A stretch of 64,000 nucleotides of DNA from an uncultured Candidatus Saccharibacteria bacterium. GTDB taxonomy: Bacteria > Patescibacteriota > Saccharimonadia > Saccharimonadales > AWTP1-31. Where the stretch lies: the NCBI GenBank assembly GCA_964409615.1, contig CAYPDT010000001.1:142629-206628 (forward strand). Reading direction: 5' to 3'. Shown in pieces: positions 36,715-43,573 of this stretch (positions are counted from its first letter, which is position 1; every line of letters starts with the position of its first letter). Below the pieces are notes generated by a model, which was not told the DNA's origin, searched no databases, and saw nothing but the letters and a program-made list of their open reading frames with translations. The translations under genes and the position numbers were made by a program.

Positions 36715-37401
36715 TTGAATTATATGGAATATCCTGAATACACCGCACCAATACTGACAATCGACAGCGTTATTTTTCAGCTGATTGACGACCGCTTATA
36801 CGTACTGCTCATAAAGCGCTTGCGGGAGCCGTTTAAAGACACCTGGGCATTGCCCGGTGGCTACAACCCACAGGGGGAAACAACCAGACAGGCTATGGAG
36901 CGTATCCTAAAAGAAAAAGCTGGCGTAGACACCAATGACCTTGGCCTCGTAGAGCAGCTGTACACTTTTGATACTGTGGCACGTGACCCTCGTGGTCATG
37001 CTGTTTCGGTCACCTATCTGGGTCTGGGTAAAGATGTTGTACCTGTGGGCAGTAAATCATCACAAAACCCTCAATTCTTCCCTGTTGATGACCTGCCCGA
37101 GCTAGCCTATGACCATGCCAAAATCATCGGCTATGCACATGAACGACTGGCTAGCAAAGTAACCTATACCAATGCCATCTTTGCCTTACTGCCTCCGTTG
37201 TTCACACTCAGTCATCTGCAAGCTGGGTACGAAGCTATTTTTGGCCACAGCTTAGACAAACGTAACTTCCGCAAAAAATTCTTGTCGCTGGGTTTGATTC
37301 AAGAAACCAAAGAGTTTCATATGCAGGGGGCCCATCGGCCTGCAAAACTCTACAAGTTCAATAAGCAAAGCTTAGAGTCGCTTTCGCGAAGCTTTGATTA
37401 A
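36715..37401 (+). CDS. nrtR: NrtR-like Nudix-related transcriptional regulator
   Basis: N-terminal Nudix fold with a degenerate box GGYNPQGETTRQAMERILKEKAGV (REUxEE replaced by RILKEK). The C-terminal segment LDKRNFRKKFLSLGLIQET...RPAKLYKFN is typical of the NrtR winged-helix domain. TTG 36715 or ATG 36724 could be the start. Confidence 0.7.
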   Translation: MNYMEYPEYTAPILTIDSVIFQLIDDRLYVLLIKRLREPFKDTWALPGGYNPQGETTRQAMERILKEKAGVDTNDLGLVEQLYTFDTVARDPRGHAVSVTYLGLGKDVVPVGSKSSQNPQFFPVDDLPELAYDHAKIIGYAHERLASKVTYTNAIFALLPPLFTLSHLQAGYEAIFGHSLDKRNFRKKFLSLGLIQETKEFHMQGAHRPAKLYKFNKQSLESLSRSFD

Positions 37402-37416
37402 CACTTAGCGATTCTG

Positions 37417-37446
37417 TTGAATTTTATCGACAAAGTTGTCTAATAC
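37417..37446 (+). promoter_or_regulatory. Promoter TTGAAT-18-TAATAC with dyad GACAAAGTTGTC in the spacer
   Basis: TTGAAT at 37417-37422, dyad at 37429-37440, TAATAC at 37441-37446. Upstream of the racemase-led module. Confidence 0.4.
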
Positions 37447-37476
37447 ATATAAAATAACCCTAAATAAAGAAAGGTC

Positions 37477-38202
37477 ATGATGTCGACGCCCATTACGCGT
37501 ACGCTCGGTATCGTGGGTGGGACTGGTCCGGCTGCAACCGCTTTTGCGTTTAGCCGTCTAATATCTTTGTGCCAAACAGAATACGGTGCCACGCAAGACA
37601 CTGATTTCCCAAATATTATTGTCACTAATCTACCTGTGCCTGGCGTGTCAGAAACTGGCCCCGACGACAAGAATGATACTGATAAGGCAACTCGGCATAC
37701 GCTTGCCAGGAGCTACAAAATACTGACAGATGCGGGTGCTGAAATTATTTATATGGCCTGCAATACCCTACAGTCTCACCGGCCCGCAAAAAATAATTCA
37801 TCTGTTATCGAAGTCAGCCCTATTGATGAATGCCTGCTATACATTCAAACCGCATATCCTAGTGCACGAGTGTTGGTACTATCTAGCCGGTACACCAGTG
37901 ACCATCAGTTATATCAAGCTAGTCCCTTTGCAGACGGCCTCAATTTTGTACAGGCTACCGCCGAGATGCAGGACATAGTTGATCAATTAATCCTGGGTGG
38001 CATGAGTGGCAAAGACTTAGCAAAAGACAAATCAACGCTACAAGCCCTTTGTCAGCAAGCTAAAGAGAAAGCCGACGTAGTAATTCTAGGCTGCACTGAA
38101 CTTTCGTTACTTGCCAACCAACAAGCCATCGAGCAAGACGGAGTTGTTGATGCTCAAGAAGCGGCTTTACACAAATTATTAGAGATAGGAGCGCAATCAT
38201 GA
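37477..38202 (+). CDS. Aspartate/glutamate racemase family protein
   Basis: Both catalytic Cys motifs are present: YMACNTLQ and ILGCTELS. 241 aa. Confidence 0.75.
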   Translation: MMSTPITRTLGIVGGTGPAATAFAFSRLISLCQTEYGATQDTDFPNIIVTNLPVPGVSETGPDDKNDTDKATRHTLARSYKILTDAGAEIIYMACNTLQSHRPAKNNSSVIEVSPIDECLLYIQTAYPSARVLVLSSRYTSDHQLYQASPFADGLNFVQATAEMQDIVDQLILGGMSGKDLAKDKSTLQALCQQAKEKADVVILGCTELSLLANQQAIEQDGVVDAQEAALHKLLEIGAQS

Positions 38203-39965
38203 AACATTATCCAGGACACCCCGCCGAGGCAATGCCGCAAGCGACCGAAATGCTTTTAGCCGAACTACGTGAGCAACGTCATTTTGAACCTGAACAATAC
38301 CTTGATTCGAAAGCGGCACTACTGAATGATTACATGGCAAGTTCTGGGCTCAAATCTTGTGTGATTGCCGAGAGTGGTGGCATAGACTCAGCAATTGTTG
38401 CAGGTATTGTGAATCACGCGCGTCAGCAAGAAGGTTCGCCAATCGAAAACGTAGTGGCCGTTACACTGCCAGTGTATCGTGACGAGTTTACCAAAAACCA
38501 AAGCTCATCTGCATCTAAAGCTCATGCCGTTGGTGAAGCATTCGATATGGATGTTACTGAAATTGATTTAACTGACCTGCATAAATTACTAAAGAGAACG
38601 GTAGATGAGGCACTTGGTGTTGTAGGTGATGATTGGGCCGGCGGCCAAGCCGTTGCCCTAGCACGTACGGCGCCCTTGTATTACATTACTAATCTTGAAA
38701 AACAGCTTGGGCGTCCTGCAATATTGTGCGGTACGACTAATCGTGATGAAGGGGCTTACCTTGGGTATGTTGGCAAAGCTAGCGACGGCATGGTCGATGT
38801 TCAGCTGATTAGCGATTTGCACAAGTCTGAGGTTCGCGCTTTAGCGGCGCACATTGGGGTCCCTCAAGAAATTATCGACGCCGCTCCGACTGGCGATATG
38901 TACGACGGCCGCGAGGATGAGCAGGTATTTGGAGCAAGTTATGATTACGTTGAGCTGTTATTACTCTTGAAGTCTCTACCCGGTGATTTAGCAGACCTGT
39001 ATTTAGCAAAGTTATCCCCCGAAGACCGTTCACGTACCCAGGAAGGCCTCGATAATCTGGAAGAACTACACCGCTTTAATGGGCACAAATATAACGTAGG
39101 TTCACCAGCTAAGCACCTAGACGTAATGGAAAGCGGCGTGCCTGGTGGCTGGCCATACTCCCGTATTAAGGTTGGGCGAGAGCCAGTTGGAGCCGAACAT
39201 TTTGTAAATGCTTTCGATTTACACGAGGATACGTTACGAGCAGTTTTGTTTGATACCACTGAATATCCTCAGCTCCAGACCACTAGCCTAGAAATACCTA
39301 AAGGTGAGGCTCAAATAGTAGAATACGTACTGGGCAAAACCGTCATTGATGCACTATTAACCGACGCCGACATCCACAAATGGATTCCGGCAAATACATA
39401 TGGCTATACTACCGATTTTAAAGAGGGCGACCCAGTGGGCTCATGGCGAGCAAGTGTTTTTTCACCTGAATTAGCCGATTTATTGTGGAGTCGCATTTCA
39501 CGGACAATCCCAGCACAGCGACACTTTAATCAAGATCCTCAGCTAGAGGTTGAGCCTGGGAGTGTTTGGAGACCTATTGGTGTTAGCCCCTTGCACCGCC
39601 TTATTAAATATACCGATGGTGGTGCCCTAGTGCCTCATTACGATGCCAGTTTCACTTATCCAGGAACACCCGACGTAAAAACGCTTAAGTCACTAGTTGT
39701 CTACCTTGACAACTACGGTATCAGTGGTGGTGCTACTCGTTTTCTGCATGATGACCGACTGAGCATACCAGTTAGCGAACGTGATTTAGCCGACCGTGAT
39801 GAACTTGCAAACGAAGCTGACGTATTAGCACGGGTGGCACCAAAAGTCGGTTCGGCTTTATTGTTTGATCACGTTTTGTTGCACGATGGCGAACCAGTCA
39901 CCCCCACCGCTCCAGACGGCAGTAAAGTGATTCTAAGAACAGATATTGTTTATACCAAATGCTAG
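38199..39965 (+). CDS. Fusion protein: NadE-like PP-loop (NH3-dependent NAD synthetase family) domain plus prolyl-4-hydroxylase-type 2OG-Fe(II) oxygenase domain
   Basis: N-terminal half has ESGGIDSAIVAGIV (SGGxDS), CGTTNRDEG and DLHKSEVR. C-terminal half has ALVPHYD (HxD), GGATRF and LLFDHVLLHDGEPV (distal His). ATGA overlap with the racemase gene. Confidence 0.65.
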   Translation: MKHYPGHPAEAMPQATEMLLAELREQRHFEPEQYLDSKAALLNDYMASSGLKSCVIAESGGIDSAIVAGIVNHARQQEGSPIENVVAVTLPVYRDEFTKNQSSSASKAHAVGEAFDMDVTEIDLTDLHKLLKRTVDEALGVVGDDWAGGQAVALARTAPLYYITNLEKQLGRPAILCGTTNRDEGAYLGYVGKASDGMVDVQLISDLHKSEVRALAAHIGVPQEIIDAAPTGDMYDGREDEQVFGASYDYVELLLLLKSLPGDLADLYLAKLSPEDRSRTQEGLDNLEELHRFNGHKYNVGSPAKHLDVMESGVPGGWPYSRIKVGREPVGAEHFVNAFDLHEDTLRAVLFDTTEYPQLQTTSLEIPKGEAQIVEYVLGKTVIDALLTDADIHKWIPANTYGYTTDFKEGDPVGSWRASVFSPELADLLWSRISRTIPAQRHFNQDPQLEVEPGSVWRPIGVSPLHRLIKYTDGGALVPHYDASFTYPGTPDVKTLKSLVVYLDNYGISGGATRFLHDDRLSIPVSERDLADRDELANEADVLARVAPKVGSALLFDHVLLHDGEPVTPTAPDGSKVILRTDIVYTKC

Positions 39966-41866
39966 AACATCAGCCTGCAATTACCTACAAGCAACCCGAG
40001 TTACCGCCAGATTTCGATGCCTGGCAAGCTCTTGGTGTGAACCAAGATGTTACTACGGCAGCAGCTGATTCTGCTTGGCAAGAGCTGCCAGAAGCCGAAC
40101 GATCAGCAGATAGGCACTTTGCTTGGAAAGTCTTGCGCGACCCAGCCTATGCAGCGCTATACACAGCCACCAATAACGTACAACGCTTGTATGATGCCGG
40201 GTTTTTTATTGATGCCGTACCCTTAGAAACGGTCGACGCACTGAGGCATACTGAGCACGACATAACGACTCCTTACCATGCCATCCAGGAACAGATGAAA
40301 AACGTCGATTATGCCGATGGAAAGCCTGTTGTTTTGGTTACAACTGGCGGCTTCTCGCCAATTCACTGGGGCCACTTGTCGATGATGAAAACCGCTAAAC
40401 AGGCCCTAGAAGAACAGGGCCGCGCCGTAGTCGGTGGCTATATATCACCATCTCACGATGATTATGTTGGTCAAAAATACGGCGGGAGTGCTAAGCTGTC
40501 GGCTCCACATCGCATCTATCTTGCCCAACAAGCCGTCGACCAGCCTGAATATCGTGACTGGCTAATGGTCGACCCCTGGGAATCGCAGTATGCTCCGACT
40601 GACGTAAACTTCACCGACGTTATTCGTCATTTACAAACATACCTCCAAACGTTCGTCGACGAACGCGGCTTTGATGTGATGTATGTTAACGGGACTGATA
40701 ATGCTGGCTTTGCTGATGTGCTTAAATACATGAATGGCGGTGTGACTGTTAGCCGTAGTACAGCCGACGGTGACCGACCAGCAATCTTTGAGCAACCGGA
40801 AATTGCCGAAGACCCGCGCCTTTTATTTGTACCAAGCGAAGACCCTAGCTCGGAATTTTCATCAGCGAGCGTGAGGCGCTGGCGACCACAACTTATGCCA
40901 GCCGATGTCAGCAAGAAGTATTTTGGCTGGCGCGTTGGCATGATGAGTCGTGATACCGACATTACCCCACCCTCGACAAGTTATATGATTCGTGATGATG
41001 GTGGCTGGGCCATGAAACAGTATTTTCCTGAAGGGCCAACCTTTGACGCCATGCAGCAGATTGAACATTTCAAAACTGGCTTAAGCATAGCAATTAAAGC
41101 TGCCTTCGCTGACGTCGAAACGCCTGATACACCTCGTACAGTAGACGTACACTACCTACCACTCCACGAACAGCAACAACTGGCCGATGCGCTGGCTGCC
41201 GAACAGCCTGTGCTCAATCTAGATGGCTGCACTAACAGAGATGGTGGCATAAACTTCTCTCGATTATTTGCCATCGCTTCAGGGCAAGAAAAACCGCTCG
41301 ACCTTGTGGCTCGGCCAGGTTTTCCAGATGTTGAAACCCAAATTGCTGGAATAGCGGCTGGTGAATACCTGTTGCTCGACGATGATATCGCATCTGGAGC
41401 AACCGTCAACCACCTCATGGGTCTACTCCCCGACCATATTCGTATCACTGCTCTCCAAACGCTTTACAATCAGTCGCGTCGTCTTCATAGCGAGATTAAC
41501 CAGCGCGAAGTAACTGACATGGTAGACCTACGTGACTTTATGCTCGGCTCATACATTGGAGGCTTGGTTGTTCCTAGCCCCGACTACTCTGATATAGTTC
41601 GCGCGCCCTACATGTTGCCCTTTGTTTCGAGCTTCAGCCGAGCAGCCATTCCACTGTCATCAATGCGCCGTTTTTCACAAGAATGCTGGCGATTGAACGG
41701 AGAATTATTCGAAGGGTTCGCTGACCAAGGTCATCAGTTTACTCTGGGCGATGCCTCGCCAGAATTTCAGACTCTGATGTTACAACTCGGTTTTACTCCA
41801 GATACATCCGTCTCGTCTATTGCTCGGTATTACGAGCAGTTTCTGCGACGCGCTTCGGCACGATAA
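39959..41866 (+). CDS. Fusion protein: N-terminal helical extension, eukaryote-type NMN/NaMN adenylyltransferase core, and type I phosphoribosyltransferase domain
   Basis: NMNAT core: VVLVTTGGFSPIHWGHLSMM, GGYISPSHDDY, VDPWESQ, SSASVRRW. PRT domain: EYLLLDDDIASGATVNHL. 7-nt overlap with the upstream gene. Confidence 0.65.
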   Translation: MLEHQPAITYKQPELPPDFDAWQALGVNQDVTTAAADSAWQELPEAERSADRHFAWKVLRDPAYAALYTATNNVQRLYDAGFFIDAVPLETVDALRHTEHDITTPYHAIQEQMKNVDYADGKPVVLVTTGGFSPIHWGHLSMMKTAKQALEEQGRAVVGGYISPSHDDYVGQKYGGSAKLSAPHRIYLAQQAVDQPEYRDWLMVDPWESQYAPTDVNFTDVIRHLQTYLQTFVDERGFDVMYVNGTDNAGFADVLKYMNGGVTVSRSTADGDRPAIFEQPEIAEDPRLLFVPSEDPSSEFSSASVRRWRPQLMPADVSKKYFGWRVGMMSRDTDITPPSTSYMIRDDGGWAMKQYFPEGPTFDAMQQIEHFKTGLSIAIKAAFADVETPDTPRTVDVHYLPLHEQQQLADALAAEQPVLNLDGCTNRDGGINFSRLFAIASGQEKPLDLVARPGFPDVETQIAGIAAGEYLLLDDDIASGATVNHLMGLLPDHIRITALQTLYNQSRRLHSEINQREVTDMVDLRDFMLGSYIGGLVVPSPDYSDIVRAPYMLPFVSSFSRAAIPLSSMRRFSQECWRLNGELFEGFADQGHQFTLGDASPEFQTLMLQLGFTPDTSVSSIARYYEQFLRRASAR

Positions 41867-42701
41867 GCTCTTCACTAGGCACAATTAATCGAGGAGTAGA
41901 CTCCAAAATGTCATCTATTTGTGCTGGGCTAAAGCGTCGTTTGCCCGGAAGTTTTTGCCACTCTCCACCGTACGGAGATTTTTCTGGCTCAACAGGGTTG
42001 ATTATACGGCGCCAACCATCGCTGAGTGATGGCCGTATATCAGTAGGGTCTTCGGGATTAACCGGATTATAATCGAGGATAGTACAGTTTTCTATCTGCT
42101 CGTTCTTACTGGTATCAAGTTCGTGATATTCGTGAGGCATCATACGCTCTAACAAAAAGCGAGCCGCCCACATTGTTTCACCGTGCATAACGGCAATGAC
42201 CTTTTTATCTGCCTGCTCTCGACTTAATGTGCCCAGCCAGTCTTTTACGTCTAGGCTTTTATCTACCATGCTTTGCCCACCGGCGTAACGAACAAATAGG
42301 CTAGCCACTTTACGCATTTTTTCGATATGTGGGAACATCTCTAGCCGCTGTTCTTTTGGTACAGCACCGTACTCTCCCCAATCTCGCTCAACTATACGTA
42401 TATCTGGCAGCCAACCGATAGCCTCCCCGCCGATATGGCGTGCAGTCTCTAGGCAACGATAGTACATCGACACATACCACTGATCAAATGACTCTGGTGG
42501 CAAGCCATTATCTCGCAGCCATTCTCCAGCCATCTGGGCTTGTTCAACTCCTTTCGGATATGACAAGCGTTGTTCAAAATCAGGTCGAGCATAAATTTCG
42601 TCACGCTGCGGATGAATCAAGCCATCTTTTTCCAGATTAGTTACGACATTAATCTCACTCTCTCCATGACGGACCATTACAAGTCTATTGGGCATATTCA
42701 T
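41817..42701 (-). CDS. Histidine phosphatase superfamily (phosphoglycerate-mutase-like) protein
   Basis: LVMVRHGESE (RHG motif) and VIAVMHGETM (second catalytic His). AAAGGAG Shine-Dalgarno. The 3' end overlaps the convergent fusion gene by 50 nt. Confidence 0.7.
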   Translation of the reverse strand: MNMPNRLVMVRHGESEINVVTNLEKDGLIHPQRDEIYARPDFEQRLSYPKGVEQAQMAGEWLRDNGLPPESFDQWYVSMYYRCLETARHIGGEAIGWLPDIRIVERDWGEYGAVPKEQRLEMFPHIEKMRKVASLFVRYAGGQSMVDKSLDVKDWLGTLSREQADKKVIAVMHGETMWAARFLLERMMPHEYHELDTSKNEQIENCTILDYNPVNPEDPTDIRPSLSDGWRRIINPVEPEKSPYGGEWQKLPGKRRFSPAQIDDILESTPRLIVPSEELIVPKRVAETARNTEQ

Positions 42702-42772
42702 GGCAAACTCCTTTTTTACTTAGTGTGTATGTAACGTTTTCCACATTTGAATACTACACCCAATACTTAGTG

Positions 42773-42801
42773 TTGACAATACATTATGTATTGTGTACCA
42801 T
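42773..42801 (+). promoter_or_regulatory. pncA promoter TTGACA-17-TACCAT
   Basis: TTGACA at 42773-42778 and TACCAT at 42796-42801, read directly. Confidence 0.45.
42776..42794. promoter_or_regulatory. Perfect 19-bp palindrome ACAATACAT-T-ATGTATTGT filling the pncA promoter spacer (candidate operator)
   Basis: Read directly. 9+1+9 perfect inverted repeat overlapping the -35 and the whole spacer. Confidence 0.5.
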
Positions 42802-42814
42802 GAAGCTATCATAC

Positions 42815-42839
42815 TTAGTGTATGTTTTACATTTACTAA
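42815..42839. promoter_or_regulatory. 25-bp dyad TTAGTGTATGTTTTACATTTACTAA between the pncA promoter and the Shine-Dalgarno (candidate operator)
   Basis: 9 of 12 symmetric pairs match. Shares the TTAGT/ACTAA arms with the nadD/nadE dyad. Confidence 0.4.
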
Positions 42840-42853
42840 ACAAGGAGATAGTT

Positions 42854-43537
42854 ATGGATAATCAAGCACTCGTTATCGTTGACGCACAGCGTTGCTTTAT
42901 GCCAGCTGAAGAAGGAGTACGACTGAACGTACCTGGCTTTGGCGAGTTAGGAGTTGAAGGCGGGCAGAATATTGTCGCTCCACTCAACCAGCTCACCGAC
43001 GCCTTTAACAGAAGTGGATTACCAGTATTCACCACCCAGGATCAACACCCCGAAGAAACTGCCCACTTCTCTGCAGAACCAAACTTCGTGAATACCTGGC
43101 CCAAGCACGGCCGTGCAGGAACCCCCGGCGGCGAACTCCACCCCGACCTACTTGTAGCTCAAGACCCTTGGCGAGCAACTCGAACAATCAAAGGTGATGT
43201 TGTCGCCCAGGGGCCAGAAGACGACACCAGCTATACCGGCGCACTTGCCCACGATAAAGATGGAGAACTATTGCCCGACGCCCTTCGGCGGCTAAAGGTG
43301 ACTGCCGTGACCGTTGGCGGCTTAGCTCTTGGCGATGGAGCCGAAAACAAGCTATGTGTGGATTCAACCGCAGTTGACCTGTTCAAGCAAGGCTTCGAAG
43401 TGACTGTAGTAACCGATGCCGTTGAAGCCGTGTTGCCAGAGAACCGAGCTAAGTGCTTACGAAACCTCGCCAAGTTGGGCCTCAAGCTAGCAACTACCGC
43501 AGAAGTTCGTGAACTAGTGGCCGACATATACCGCTAA
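42854..43537 (+). CDS. pncA: Nicotinamidase/pyrazinamidase (isochorismatase family)
   Basis: ALVIVDAQRCFMP, TQDQHP, and the catalytic Cys region NKLCVDSTAVD. Start set to ATG 42854 behind AAGGAG (42842-42847). Confidence 0.85.
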   Translation: MDNQALVIVDAQRCFMPAEEGVRLNVPGFGELGVEGGQNIVAPLNQLTDAFNRSGLPVFTTQDQHPEETAHFSAEPNFVNTWPKHGRAGTPGGELHPDLLVAQDPWRATRTIKGDVVAQGPEDDTSYTGALAHDKDGELLPDALRRLKVTAVTVGGLALGDGAENKLCVDSTAVDLFKQGFEVTVVTDAVEAVLPENRAKCLRNLAKLGLKLATTAEVRELVADIYR

Positions 43538-43573
43538 ACACCTGTAAATAACTGATTGAAAGAAGAAACTATA

